DNA of 63,886 nt, counting the filler, from Gonapodya sp. JEL0774 (lineage: Eukaryota), in the NCBI GenBank assembly GCA_027604505.1. It is 3 parts of 3 records of this genome, joined end to end, with 100 filler letters (N's around TTAATTAATTAA, not from the genome) between each part and the next. Parts side by side here need not be neighbours in the genome. Positions count along the whole stretch, not along the records: positions 22,006 to 43,874 come from JADIIX010000243.1; 2 more parts are not named here. One strand, 5' to 3'. The notes beneath the pieces are model-generated. The model was not told the origin of the DNA. It ran no database searches and saw nothing but the letters and a program-made list of their open reading frames with translations. The stretch's first letter is position 1, and every line of letters starts with the position of its first letter. A program made the position numbers and the translations under genes. Below, in pieces: positions 23,143 to 37,600 of the stretch.

Positions 23143-24995
23143 TCACATACTACTTTTTAAAATTACAGATGCCGTACAGGCCCTTAAAGCAGTAGTCTTT
23201 GAGACAATGGAAATAGGCATGTCGTACAAATGCTGGCCACAAGACATTCCTCTGCACAGTTCATGTCCATTGCTGTCAAAGAAAACACATTCATTTGTGG
23301 AATCAGGAAAAGTTGCAGTTATGCCAAGTTTCTGCAAAGACTTTGTAGACAGCAAAGTTGATCTAGCTTTAGGATCAAGAATGACATTGGGAATATCCCA
23401 ATCAGAATAAGAATCAGTGCTGTGAAATCTCAATGTTAAAGTTCCCCTTCCAAGTGCCTTTGAGGTCTGACCCTCTGCAGCCATCCTAATAGTAATAGGT
23501 TCTGAGACAAAATCCTTGAGAGCAGAATGCTCAGAGGTAATGCAATCAGTTGCACCAGAATCAACTAAAACTCTGCCAGATCTGCTGGCTGTTGCAGAAA
23601 AAGCATGAGCATTCAGAGCCATTGGCTCACCATTTGGATCAAGTGTAGAAACATAAGCAAGGAACCCAGCTGGGCTCTTCTCTGCATCAAAATTCTGCAA
23701 AGTTTGAAAGCTAGAGGATTGATTGTCCCCTCCCCGACAGACCCACAAGCAAAAGTCTAAGGGGAGTTGAGGCCCCCCCATTAGGAGGGACTTCTGAAGC
23801 CTGCATACAAAACCAGGTTTGCTGACAGATTCCGATAGAGTGCCATTCACAAAAGCTTCGGTAACATCAAATTGCCAACCGACAAGGTCTTTGTCAGCTG
23901 CTTGTGCCATCACATCAGGTTCAGCTTAGTGTGGCGTGTCAATATTGTCATCATCATCATCACCAAAGGTTATGTTTCTCTTTACCGGAGGTATATCATC
24001 AGTCTGCGTGATCGTTGGTTGCACATTTGTTTCCTCAGTTAGTCCCAGCCGCTTGGCATCTTTCAGAAGATGTCCAGAGTGAGGAAGATAGTATGTCCAG
24101 ATAAAGGCTTCTTCTAGAAATTTGCAATCTTGTGAGTGGATGATGTTTTGAGTTTTAGGGTTGTAAAAGATGTAAACAGTTGCGTCTGTATTGTAGTCAA
24201 TCATGTAGCAGACATCTGCTTGTGACCGTAATTTGTTTCAAGATCCGTCTTTGGTTAATACCAATGCACCGCATCCAAGTATTTGCAAATTCGAAAGTTT
24301 GGTCTTGTGCTGTGTTATTATTTCAATTGGGATCTGGTCATTGTGTGCTGAGGATGGGGAACAGTTACGCAAATATGCAACAGCAAGCACAAGATATCCC
24401 TATAAGCTGACAGGGAGCTGTACCATTACTAAAGTGCTGCACACATTATCCATGATTGTCCTGATGACTCTTTCAGCTTTCCCATTGCTGGAGGAGGTAT
24501 GTTCAGGCGACGTTTCAGGTTCAATACCTCTTTATTTAATCCAGTTCGCCATAGCGTGATTAAGTAGGATATCTTAGGTGTTGTCACTCTCAATACCTTT
24601 AGTTTCCCAATTATATTAGCATTTGCCCTTAATAATAATATCCTGCAGGCGTTTTGTTGCTTCTAATTTTGATTTCATAGTTTGGGGAACACTGTTCCTG
24701 AAGCTTCATCCAAGATTGCTAACAATATTGATATCCACCAATTGCTGTTGTTCCAATCAGAACAGGGCCAAAAATGTCTGCGTGTAATTTGTCTCTGGGT
24801 TTCTTTGCAAGATTCCGAACAAGTTTTGTATTGGGCACTATATGTGCCTTCCGCAGGTTGCATCTGATTCAATCAAGGGATTTTCCGTTGTTGAACTTTG
24901 TTAGTTGTAACCCTTGGGTGTGCGTGAGTGTGTATAAGTCTTGGAAGTTGAGATGGCCAAGCGGAAGGTCAAACCATCTGTGTCTGTAACAAAAT
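23143..24995 (-). mobile_element. Ty1/Copia pol fragments (rearranged, pseudogenised)
   Basis: GAG-pre-integrase (LGHLNFQDL, ~24950), SH3-like (IDYNTDATVYIFYNPKTQNIIHSQDCKFLE), RT (WQFDVTEAFVNGTLSE..VCRLQKSL) and aspartic protease (VLVDSGATDCIT..SKALGRGTLTL). Confidence 0.85.
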
Positions 24996-25019
24996 GAAAA
25001 AGACTACTCTTCAACCAGT

Positions 25020-25200
25020 TTATATTCTCACAAATCAGAACACCTCACATGTACTGACCAAGTTACTTCCAAAGCCTTCTTTTGAACGACATAGAGCAAA
25101 GAGTGGATCATGATATTCCTGATCAGGGGGAGTGTGGGTATATGTTCAGACATTGTGTACAATATGTGTACCATACATGTAAACTAGATTAGCCAGCCAC
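25020..25200 (+). mobile_element. Copia 3' end: RNase H tail, polypurine tract and start of 3' LTR
   Basis: QNTSHVLTKLLPKPSFERHRAKSG (cf. N.ADiLTK.L....F...r..lG), then AGGGGGAG (25125-25132) directly followed by TG (25133). The LTR end was not identified. Confidence 0.7.
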
Positions 25201-25631
25201 ACATAGATGAGTGGCGGCACATGTAATACACTAAGTTGTGCACAGACAAAGGCCATCCAGTCCTAACATCCCTAGGTGATGGAAATTGAGGACAGCAATG
25301 ACAACAACAATGAAGGAGAAGAAAATAGGTGTGCACAATGAGTCTGTCAGAGCAGCTCCAGGGTCCAGCAAATGCTGCAATGGAGCTCTAGAGGAGATCA
25401 GACTCTCTGTCCTGGACAGCACCACAAGGAATTCAAAAACTTCAGGTGGGCTTTAAGGCTTGGAAACAATCTAAATTATCTCAGAGTATTTTGCATATGT
25501 ATTATAAGCAATAAACTAGTGTTTGGAGAAATTCTCTTTGAGCACAAAAACTGTCTGCCTTGTAAGGCAGGCACTCCCACTGGAAGTTTGACTGTATATG
25601 TGTTGTGGTTACACTTTGCATCTCTTCAATT

Positions 25632-28600
25632 CTATAATGACAGTAATGCAGCAGTGCCTCTCAAGACCCAGTGCTCTGGAGGCATCTTTGTTGGAACTCT
25701 AAGACAGGTGACGAACTCTGTTCCTTGACTGCAAGAGGATTGTCAGAACAAATAATAAATTGATTTTATGAATGCTCACCTTCCCCGTGAACTTGATTGA
25801 TAGAGTGGGCACTCATATATTCCTTTTCTATTACTGAGTGATTTTTTCTCAATTGGCTTGAAGAGAATGGTGGGAAATGTATCAGTGAGCACATTCTGTA
25901 TTGGGTCCTTTAGAGACATTGTTTTCCTGTCCCAACTGACAAGATGGTGAATGGTCAGATCACTCTTGATGATTAATTTGGTTTCAATATCTCACATGGC
26001 CCCTTCAAGAATGATGCTGTGAACATAGACACCGTCATTCTGGTCTGGCTGGTTCTCATCATCAGTTGAAGGGAAACTGAAGTCCCAAACTAACCCATCC
26101 ACTGGTACACCACTAGATCTACTGGCTCTTTGCAGAACTGCTGTTAAGAATCCAGTAGGGAAGGTAAATGCACCAAGCCAGAATGTTTTTGGCTCCCCAC
26201 TGAAAAGAGACATTGTGAATTCTATTTACCAATGGAAAGCATGGCTTTAGCTTACCTTTTCAACCACTGATCAAAAAACTCAACTCTTGCTGCCAAATCT
26301 CTCATCCAGGCTGCGAGAGGTTTTATCACTGGAATGCCCTTGCTCCACAATGGAGGGACTTTCCCTATTTCAAGAGCCTGAGCACACTCTTCAGTCTGAT
26401 TTGACATGAGTGCAAGCCCTTTGAGGCCCTTCTGAATGTCACCAAGAGATTCAGAAACTTTTTGCAAAAGGATATTGTATTGCTGGACTTCTTGAAAGAG
26501 GGGCACATTGAGTGGCTCCACACTCATCTCCTCCATCTTGGCAAGAAGTGTAGATGTCTCAAGCCGCATGGGTACATGCTTGCACAGCTCTTGAGCAAGC
26601 CCACAAATTATTTCCTCCCTACTTTGTTTCTCAACTTTTGCATTTTGTGGTCTAAGAGAGACAAGGCAATTAAGGAACACATCTGTTTGCTTGATTTGTG
26701 TGGATATATCTGCATTGGAATGCTCTCCAAATACCTTAGCATGAATGAACATTGGTTGGGGTAAGATTTCATCAATTGCTGACGAGAAAGGGTACCTACC
26801 TCCGGGTGGTCATAATCAGGCAAAGATCTCATATACTCACGAAGGTTGGGAACAATGACTCCATCTGGCACACAATAAGAAGGTATAGAAGAAAACTGAA
26901 AGTGTTCTTGGCCCAAAGCCTCCTCTGAGAACAAGGTATTGATGTAAGCACGGAGGACCCTTCTATCCCACTCGTCTGTAACTCTTCCTCCATAATTTGC
27001 CTCTGAAATCAAGTACCTCAGGGCATCCCAAGGGACCTCTTTATACTCATTCAAAAAATTTAACAAGAGATCCTTACTGACCTCAAAATCTGAGTCAGTG
27101 AAACTATAAGGCACATTCCATCCAAGAGTTTGGAACTTTTTTCTTTCAAGGAGCAGACTGTGAAAGTACACTAAGGAGCAGTAAAGCTTTGCATAAACTT
27201 TTTCTTGTGTACTTGCTGCAAACTCATTGTCTTGGAGATCACTGAAGAGCCTGAGGATATTTGATTTGAGACCTTGTGGAGGCTCTGTAGTGATCTAAAA
27301 GTAGGAAAATTAAAAGGTGTGATCAATGGTATTCTCAAATCTAAACTTTACCTTCAGTGAATTCTTTAGTATTGAAATGGGGAATCTTGGATGCGGACTA
27401 CTAGAGAGCCACAACCTAAAATCTGGGTGTATTGACTTAGTTTGAAAAGATTCTACTGTCTTCTCAAGAGCAGGCATCCAGCTGATTGATAGGTGACAGT
27501 TGGCTAAGAATACCCAGTTTCCATCTCTTGCACCTTGCTCTATCATCTGTGCAGCTTTGGGAGCCTGTCCTTGTCCTAATGAAGTGAAGTGGAATTTTGG
27601 CCCTTTGCCATGCCGCTCTGCCAGTTGCTGTAATGTAGCAGTGGGGTCTACCCCAGGGGAGAGCACAAATATAAGGGGAGTGTAACAGTCAGAGTCTGCC
27701 AGCACTTCATCAAAGTTCAGTGCTGGAGACTCTGCAAATTCACTACCAATATTTGCTGCTACAAACTTCCTCGCACAGAATATCACACGGTCTGGCCTGA
27801 GGGACCTAACAACAAGCATTTTTTGTGCATCACTCAGCTTTCCTTCCCATTCAGCAGGCAAAGAACTGTTTTCAGGATCTGAAGAGTTATACCAAGCCCT
27901 CCACTCCCGTTCATTCTGATCAAAAGAGCTTGCAAGTGACACAAAGGATGGCAGTTTGTCAAGCTCTGTGATATTGTCCCATGCAGGCTCTGGAAGCCAG
28001 TCTTTGCAGGAATTAGTTGGTTGTGATTCCCTGTCAAGAACTTGCCCTCCAATGAGCAAAAAGTCATATTCAGCTCTGTCAAGCTTTCCTGCTGTCTCCA
28101 AAATCTTGATTGTTAACTGAAATGAGAACAGAAATCTGTGAATTTGGAATAAACTTCTTGATGCATTTCGATATATTGCATATGTATGGTAGCTGTTCAG
28201 GTATTTGAGTCTCTCCAAAATGTCTTCTGATTTTTGGCTCTTTGCAATAGACTTTTCAAACATAGTCACATACCACTCAATAGAAAACTGGTACATATTG
28301 TCAATGGAGGCCATGTCCAGAAGCACAAAATACAAAATTGATGATCTTTGTGCACAAACACGATACGCATCTCTAGCTACATCAATTGTTTTTGCAGTTT
28401 CTTCACTAACATGAAGTTGTTTTGAGACTTCATCAGATGTGGTTTTTGAAGTTTGTAATCTATCCACCAGTTTCTCATCATCTAACAGAGAGCCCTGGGC
28501 AGTGCTGAGTAAGTGTAAAATCTGATCTTCTAATTGCTCCAGTTTGTGTTTTGCAGCTGCAACACTTGAAACAAGTTTTGTTTTTTGCTCTTCCAAGTCT

Positions 28601-31600
28601 GGTCTCTCCTTCTTGAGAACAATTCCAAGTAACTGATCTTCCAGTCCTTGCTCACTCACTGCAAAATTTACCACAGCAGCCTTTGCATAAGTTTCTGGTG
28701 AATACGATGGGTTTGACAAAGGTGTTGTCAAGTACAGCTGAAATTCTGGATTGTACTCTATCTCTTTTTCCCCCAACTTGATAACCAGCCGACTTCCTTG
28801 CTTAGTTATTGCTTTGTTCATTATTGGGCTCAGTGATGGGTCTATCTGCTCTGATAATCCCTGGATCAGGACAGGTACACCAAACTGGATTGACGACTCC
28901 AAAGTTCTCATGAAATCAGATTGTCTGGTATCAATGACTTTTATGCCCAGGCTTGCCCCCATTTTTCGTATCCAATTTGTTGCTTGTCCCTGGGGATCTA
29001 TCATGAGAGGCCAACGCCTGCCCCGGGTTACAATTACAGCATTTTCAACAGAGAACTGATCTGCAGGAAGGCCTTGCACAATCCAGTCTTGAATCTCTGT
29101 TGGTTTTACCAGAAGTTTTTCAACTCGAAAGTCAGATGTAAACTGGATCTCAGCAGCTTTCATCTGAGGAATCCAAACTGACTGCAGGAGCTGCTCACGA
29201 TATGTGCCAGAGAATGGTCCAGCATATGACAGGAATGCTGATGCCAACAAGGAATCACCGACCAGATGTTCTATTTGCATTTCATAAATGCCAATGGTTT
29301 GTTCCCACCTTTGTTTCTCACCAGAAAGTCCAGAGAGTAAGTTTTCAGCACGATTTAATTTCAGTGCCATAACCTCACTTTCTACTCGAAGTTTTTCCTT
29401 CAGTCCCACCTTCTCGTCATAAAGTGCTTGAAGTTCTGCTAGCTTATTTTGCACCTCTTGTAATTTTTCCTTTGCCTCTCCAAGAGACTTTTGCTTCTTT
29501 TCCAACACTTCCTGGGCAGATCTTAACTTCTCTCGCTTAGGAGCAACTTGACGAGAGATTTGGCCATAACTTTCCATTGCCCTCACCCACAGACATAATG
29601 ATTTTGCAGCACCAGATACCTTTCCCACTACCTCAGGATTAAAGCTCTCTTCTGCACAGTATGTGGATATCTTTTTGAGGATCTTGTCTGAGATATTATC
29701 TTTTTCAAAGTTCACAAGTTGTTTGATGAAATATGGGTTGCCAAGTTGTCGTTTTGCCTCATCCCAGGTTGGTTCTGATTTTTTTAGAATCATGACAGCT
29801 TCTAAGACTTTTTCCACAAGTGGTGGTGGCTTTCCATAAGATTTTATCTCTTGCAAATCCTTCTTGTTGATGGCTTCTAGAGCAACCAGTGCTGCATTGA
29901 GTGCAGGCATGGCAAGATCTAAATCAGCCTGTGCAGCCTGTGCCACTGCTCTGACCTCCTCTTCTTCCATCATTAACTTCTCTGTTCTTGCTAAAACTTG
30001 TTTGGCTTGCTCATCTGCATCTCGTTTCTGTTGAACAATCACAACCAGATAATCCTCACATTGCTTCTGGTATTGAGCAACCTGTTTTCTGGCAACTTCC
30101 AAATCTGCAGACATGCTTTTCACATTGACTTGTGTTTCATCTAATTTTTCAAGGCCATTCCTAAGCCTTAGGCAACTTTGTCCCAAGTCACTTTTTTGCT
30201 GCTTCAAAAGCTGTCCATAACCAGCAACAAGCTCTAAATAATTTGTTGGTGTCACATAATTCTGTCGTTTGATCTCCTGTTGCATTTTAGCAGAAGTGAC
30301 AGCCACAGATGTGTGAATGGTGCCAAAAACTTGCACAACTGATGCTCTCAAGGAGTTTGACCCAAAGTCTGTGCCATCAAGATACTTTGAGGCAACTTCC
30401 AGCAAAGCTTCCCTTGGCCAGGGTCCAAAGTAGTCAATTGTACAGCAATTAGCTAAAGATGGAAACTTCCTTAGCCTGGAACGAAAGTCTTCTCCAAATG
30501 GACTCATGCAAAGTGCAATGTGGAGATTTGATCTTGCTCTATCTATGAACTGGTCAAACCAGCTGGCTGTTGATGCATCAGAAGCCTTTGTATCCTTTCG
30601 AGTTGCTAAGAATGCTTGTTTCAGCTCAGGGAGGTCTTCTGTAGAAAATAGGTTTGGTATCTGCCCACTGCACAGAATATTGCTTAAATCCTCCAAAAAG
30701 CTGTCTTGTGTTATTTGACTTTCTGTGACAAGAAAAACCACAGGATGGGAATCTACCCCTGTTGTTTTGTAAAGACCCTTTATGTCTTCTCGAAAGTCTG
30801 TGATTTGGTAGTGTTTTGTAATTTTGATTTGAAAGGTTTGCATACCCAGAAGATATGCAGCCAAGTGGCACAAGCTTTGTCGACCACTCCCTCCAACACC
30901 CAAAAGCAACATATTTCCTGCTTGAAGACGCAGAACTCTCGTGATTCTTGAAATATGCTCAATTGCATCTTGAAATAAAACAAGGTCAAGCTGAACATAT
31001 CCAGGCTCCATGTTATAATCTTGTAGCTTAATTTCCATGAATGTTTTGTGCTTAGGTTTGTTGGAAATTTCTTCATAAACCACATTGCCACTCTCAGCTG
31101 ATAGGTAATCACCAAACAATGGGAGGCCTGTGTCACCACAGAGTTCTTTTAGGGTGACATTAAACTGCTGTATTAACTTTTCTTCCAGTTTTAGAGAAAG
31201 GTGGTCTTTGTCCGACTGATCAGTCAAACGATCACCAAATACACGCATGATTTCATGCACCCAGAGCTTTGTCAAACTGATTTTGGAGTCATAGTAGTCT
31301 CTGTTTGCACGCAATAGGCCTTGGAAAACACGTGACATGTCTCTAAGGTTGAAAGTGTAGTGAGATTTTGCTGGTGTTGGCAAAAAGTGTGCAATTATTG
31401 TGTGGTACAACTCTATTGCTGCAGTTGTCATGACAGCACCAAGAGGCTTCACTGTCTCTTCAAAATCTTGAAGTTTTTGGTTAATCATTGTGCCAAAAAT
31501 TCTACTCAGAGATATCTCATTTGGAGGGACAATGTTCAGCAAGAAGAAACGACTCTGTAACCGAGAGCTGATGTTATTTCTTCCACCACCTGGAAGTCCC

Positions 31601-34600
31601 ATGCAAGCTACAGGAAGCAAATCATTCACAAACTTTGTAGACTGCTTTGCTCTGTCATACCAAAAACCGTAGTCCATCCAGTGGCGAAGGAGTTCCAGGG
31701 GTGACTGTGTTCCAAAGAGATCTTTAGCTGGCATACTCAAGTCATCAATGAATACAACAAGCTGCTTTCCTCCAGTGGGTGTGAAAATGTTTTTAGTTCG
31801 CTTCTCAAGTTGACCTTCAATAATGGACTGAAAGTATGACGATGAGGTGTTTGATGAAAGACTTAGGGACAAAATTCGATTGTTATCCCCAGAAGATGCC
31901 AGGACAGATTGCATAAGTGATGTTTTCCCAGATCCAACTTCACCAACAAGAAGAAATTGCTTGTTTTTGTCAATCAGTGCCTTAGCAACAAATGAGTTTC
32001 TCACAGTATCAATGGTTGGTATGAATACTTTATGGAAGGGGAATAAAGGATTGTATCGCCAGTTTGACGCAATTTTTTCCTCCCATGGAACCCAAGACTT
32101 TGATTTCTTGTCTACAGCATACTCAAAAATGGTATCCTTGCTTGGAAACTGTCCCTCAGTCTCCCGTACAAACATGTCAAACTTTCTCCTATTTGAAGGT
32201 GAAAGTGGGCCCCCAAAGGCCCAAATCAAGGAAAACAAGAACCACAATTCTATCATTTTTGTACATGACTCCTTATCTGTTGGATCGACCCCATTATCAA
32301 TTGTTGCAAGAGCATCAAATAAACTGCACAGTGATTGAACTCCTCTTAGGTCTGTGACCAGTATTGGCTCATCAGTGACACTATGACAGAACTGCAATGT
32401 GTGTTGAATGTATTTTTCTGTCAAAATTTCCAAAACCTCTGTCACTGTTTTGTCGTCATGCTGCTTAAGCCAAGATGCCACATATGGTCTCCACCCAAGG
32501 TCTTGACTGTCTAAGTAAATCATACCACAGCGACTGACTGTTGCTGGTGATGCAGCAGAAAGACTTTCTACCTCAAACAAAAGAGATACTTGTGCAGGGA
32601 GTGTTATGCGCTCTCCGTTAATCAAAGTAAGCACTTTGTTATCATCAAGTACACTATTCATGGATTCTATCCAGAGAGTGTCCACAGGGCCATCAAGAAG
32701 AATCCACTTGAGTTCTTGCTTCTCATCTGTACAGGCTGTTCTCATGACACTGGAAAGCACTCCATCTGTCCACTCACTAGTTGAGAGGTTAAACTCTCCA
32801 AACAATTCAGCGAGAGAAAGGGATTTTGCATTGATTGCAAAGGACTTGACTCCCTGGAAGACTCCAGGTTGGAGTTTTGCAAGTGTTTGGAGTGCTGCTT
32901 GCAATGTGTTCCAGACAACAGACTTTCCAGAACCTGTTGGTCCAACTATCATAACACCATGGCGCATTAATTTAGTCTCAAAGAGTTGGATTATCTTGGT
33001 AATCTGGGTGTCTAGTATTTGCAGGTTTGAGATAGTCATATGTTGCTTGATGGTTTGTTGCAGTTCTTCATGAGCAGAACCACCATACTCAACTCCTGGA
33101 AAGAGGTCTCCAAGAATGGCCATAAACAATGGCACATCTCTTGCTGTGAGCTTAGGAATGTTCATGTCCCTGAGAGACCAGAAGACCACTACCTCATCTG
33201 ACAAAAGTGCTTCCTTCCATCTGTTAGACCCTGCAGTTCGCAAAGTTGCTGTTAATCCACGAAGCCCAAAATCATAATGATCTTGTTTTGAGAGCTGCTG
33301 TTGTGACAGGCGAAACAGACTTTCCACTTTCTTAGCTAAGATTTTGCAATTTGAGAACCCTTGGGCAAACAGCATATTTTCTGCGATCAGGACTGAATCT
33401 GGTACCATCATGGAGACAGGACGAAAGAGGCTTTTGAGATTATCAGGCAGTTCAACTCGACCAGCATAACCAGGATTCATTGTTATGAAAATTCCACATG
33501 AAAACTTCAGAGGGATCTCTTGTCCATCCAGCACAAAAGTGGCTGCCCTAAGAGGCACACCTTTCAACAGCTGGTGTATGATATTTCAAGGAAAACCACT
33601 TACTTGTGTGAGATGGCTTTTAGAACACAGTTAATTTGCAGAGCCACAACACTCAGAACTTCAATATCAATTCGATTGAATTCATCAAAGCATCCCCATG
33701 CCCCAGTTTGAGCAAGGCCTGAAAACATTCTGCCCATAGACTTGTAATCTAATCCCTCAGAACAGTTTTGGACAATTACATAGTAGCCCAATGCTTTCCC
33801 AAGGTCCTTGACTGTCTCAGTTTTCCCAGTTCCTGCAGGTCCCTGTGGACTGCCACCACGATGTAAATGTAATGCAGTTGTGAGTGTCATGTAACATCTG
33901 TCTGTAAGTGGTGTGATCACAAGGCGACCACTGTTGCCCAAGTACTCATATCCATATCGAAAAGTAGTATTTGTCTGCCTCACAAAGCAGTCATCCTCAT
34001 CACGATCCCAAACAAACCTCATCTGACTGAGCCACTCAAATGCCAATGGATTTGTACAGTTAGACTTATGAAGTTTTTCAATAACATCCCTTGAGTGAAC
34101 CTTGAAAATAAAACAGTTAATGAATCATAGTTGGTATAGAATTAAAGGAGCACCCACTTCAATTGTTATCAAAGCAGTGAGCTTTTTCCTTTCCACTGAT
34201 GTCAAAGGGGCCTTGACCATATCAACCAACCGTTTCAAAGAAGATACATTAGCTTTCTTCAGAGTTTTAAGTGCTTTAAGCTCCCCTCCTTCAACCTCAA
34301 ACAGTGCCCTCACACAGTCTGCAGTCCAATTTATTAGGGAGACTGTGATGAGCATTTGTCCTGGCCACTCTTTTAGCCACTTGTCTCTTTTCACTTTCTT
34401 GGAGTTTGACAGGCAATTGGAGAGAGATTCCTTCAAGCTTGCTCTCATGTTTCTCTCAACCTCCAAGAGCCAACCTTCCACAGGCCCTTCAAGTAAGACA
34501 TTTCGTTGGTAGGGAACATACTCTCCATCTGCAGAGTGCATTCCTTGGGCCTCAAACTGATGATGAGTGTCTTGGGACTGCGAGAGTTCCAACTTGACCA

Positions 34601-37600
34601 AGTTATCAAAGCACTTCTTCAGGTGTGCTTGGACAGTGTTTGGGTCACGTCCTTGACCAAGGATCTCAAGTAAATCATCATTTGAGAGAAAGTAAAATCT
34701 TGGAAACGCCTGTCTTTTTGTTTCAAGGTATGACTCAAGAGACTTCTGAATACCATCCAATTTCAATGCTAGTGCCTCAAGAATAGCTATAAGGTCTTCC
34801 TGTTGACAAGTCCTCAAAACATTCTTGTCCACTCTAATGCCGGTGACAATAGATTTCCAAGAAGTATTTACTGCGTCAAAAGTTGCTGATTCTCCAGGAA
34901 GCTGCTTTCTAATATCCTCTGATCCAACAAAAATGCTCTCCAAATATGTCCACTGCTTCTGTACCTGAAGCAAAAGTTCAGTAGTCTCTACGATCTTGGA
35001 AAGGAGTCCTTCCCAAAACTGGACCTCCTGCTCAAATGCTACAAAGTACTTAGAGCTTTTCATTGATGAAAGAATTACTTGATTATCCTCTAGCACTTCA
35101 AATATGGAGTCAGTACTTCGAATTTTGTACATTTGCTTGTCATCTGCCTTGGCTACCAGGTCAAACTCAAGAGTTTCCCACACTTCTTTCACAGAGGTTA
35201 GGTCATTTTCAATTGCAAGCTCTCTACTAGCTCCATTAGAAAGCTGTGCAATGGCTTCAGAGTATTGATCAAGACCAGCTTCTGTGATTTTCTCTAAGCT
35301 TAACTCAGTAGGTGATGGGGCTAATGATTTTCCTATCTGGTCACTCAGCTGACTCCAGTGTCTTGGCCTCATTGCAGGATTCTTCAGATCTAAAATGACT
35401 GGCAGCAATTTCTGGGTAACAACACAATTCTCTTTCAGACTAACTAAGACATCCCATTCCTTAGCACCACTTTCTCTGCTGAATCGGGCCAGTTTCTTTT
35501 GGAACTTTTGGATTGTATCTGTCAGTTCATTATGGTCTAATGTCTGAATAGATGTACATTTCCATGATGACCAAGATCCCTCCCAGTCCTTTGCAATCTG
35601 CCAAATCTGTTGAAGCAGCTCAAGTTCATTTCCAATAGACTCTATGTCTTTAGAGGCAACATGATCGATTTTAAACACGGCAAGACCTTTGCGTAGGCTT
35701 CTTTCTTTAGCTGCTAGTTCCTGAATTTGAGATTTGAAGTCTTGTATTGTTTGCATGGCTTTACTTATGCCATTGGAGTAAGAGTAGGGTCCCTTGGCTG
35801 CAAAATCTTCTTTTATGGATGCTACCAATTTACTAAATTCATCTACAGAGTTGATCAACTCATTCTTGAACTTTGACTTGCAATCCTGGAGCATTACATC
35901 TGCTGTATTAACAGTCTGCACAAATGCCTCCCATGCAAGTCTTAATCCTTGGAGTAATGCCTTCTCTTCTTCTTTAATCTGCACTTCATACTTTTCAAGA
36001 ATCTGGTATTGTTCACTGATAGGGGCAAACTGAGCTTCAACAGATTTCATGTCATTTTGAATTTGCTCCAGAAGATTCACACTTTCTGAAAGTGCATCAA
36101 GGTTCTTGGGAGCTATTTTAAGTTTTGAGGTGTGTCTCTCAAACATTTCATGAAGAGCTCTGAGCTCTGAGCATGCACTACCATTCAGCAAGCCTGTGAG
36201 TTTAGCTTGCCATGCCATGCAATGACTAACCAGGGCATGTTTCAGAGGAGAACAATCTAATCGAATAAAATTGATGTTTGTTAATGTCTCTTCTTTCTGT
36301 GTGTTGTTTGCAACTTCATTATAGCGACTGATGTCAGCATCAAAAGTTGAAAGTGTGGGTTTCAACTTTGCATATCTCCGAATGAATGCGTCCTTATTGA
36401 TCTCCCAGATCTCTCTATAAGTATCCCAGTTGCGAAGATAAGATTGGCACTGGGTTGCGTTTGCTGCCATGCCATTCTGGATGGAAACAAAGATCTTCAG
36501 TGTTTCATCCTCATTTGCAACACTATCATACACTTTTGCCAATCCCTTCGCAAAAAATATGTTGAACAATCTTGCAATTAGCTCTAAATGCAACTGTATT
36601 CACCTGATGATTGCTGGCAAGTCTTGGGATAATTGATATACATGAGACCATCTCTCTTGCAACCTTGTTTACAGTCTCCTCTAGAGTTGCAAAGTTTGGG
36701 CTGAAATCCACTTTTTGCTGTTCCAGCACAACATTGACCTTGAAAAGTGGTGGTACATCACCTGGGCCATCTCGTCCTAAGATTCAAAGTAATACAAATA
36801 TGTTAAGATGAAGTTTCACACTAAGGAGTGAAGAACACAAACCCTTTGGATCTCCATTCAATGCACGTGCAAGTTCAAGTAGTGACCTCCTAACTGATGT
36901 CCTCAAAGCATCTTCAACCCAGATATCAATTTTTTCAATGTAGGCACTCCATTGCTGCTGTACTTCTTTTCCATCATTTTTGAAACCTTCAAAGGCTTGG
37001 TTTAGTGTTTGACAAATGTCGTCATGGGCAGCTTTGAGTCTAGCTTTTGCCAGGATAGTATGCTGAAGTTGGTCTCTCTCAAATTCATCCAAATCATAGA
37101 CATGCTTGCTCTCAATTCTCCAAAGTAGGGTTTCTGCAATGAGTTTACAGTTTCTATGCACTTTTGAGTTAGATTCACCAAAGTCTTGAACCACCCTTTG
37201 AACATCATGTGAGTGCCGTAAGCAGTCCTTCACAAAGTAGTCTGCAATGCCCTTAGAAGACCATGTCAGTGTGGATAGCCCAGGATTAACCTTCCTATCT
37301 AAAAATCGCATTCTTTCTTTGAAGAGATGATGCTCTTCTTGTGATAAAGAGTTGACAATACTGTTGTAATCACGAACAACAAGGAGTACATGCTCCCTGA
37401 GGACTCTCAGTTCCTCTTTCTTTGCTAAGAGTTCTTGAACATGGAAAGGTGCATCATGTTTTAGCTTTTGCCAAACAGTAACCTCCCCCATGAGTCTCAG
37501 AAGTTCCCAATCAAATTTCATGTCAAGACAGTTATCAGACTGCCTTGAGAGAAGTGTATTCTCTAACCTCTGTGCAAGGTTAGCAGGAACTGCAGCAACC

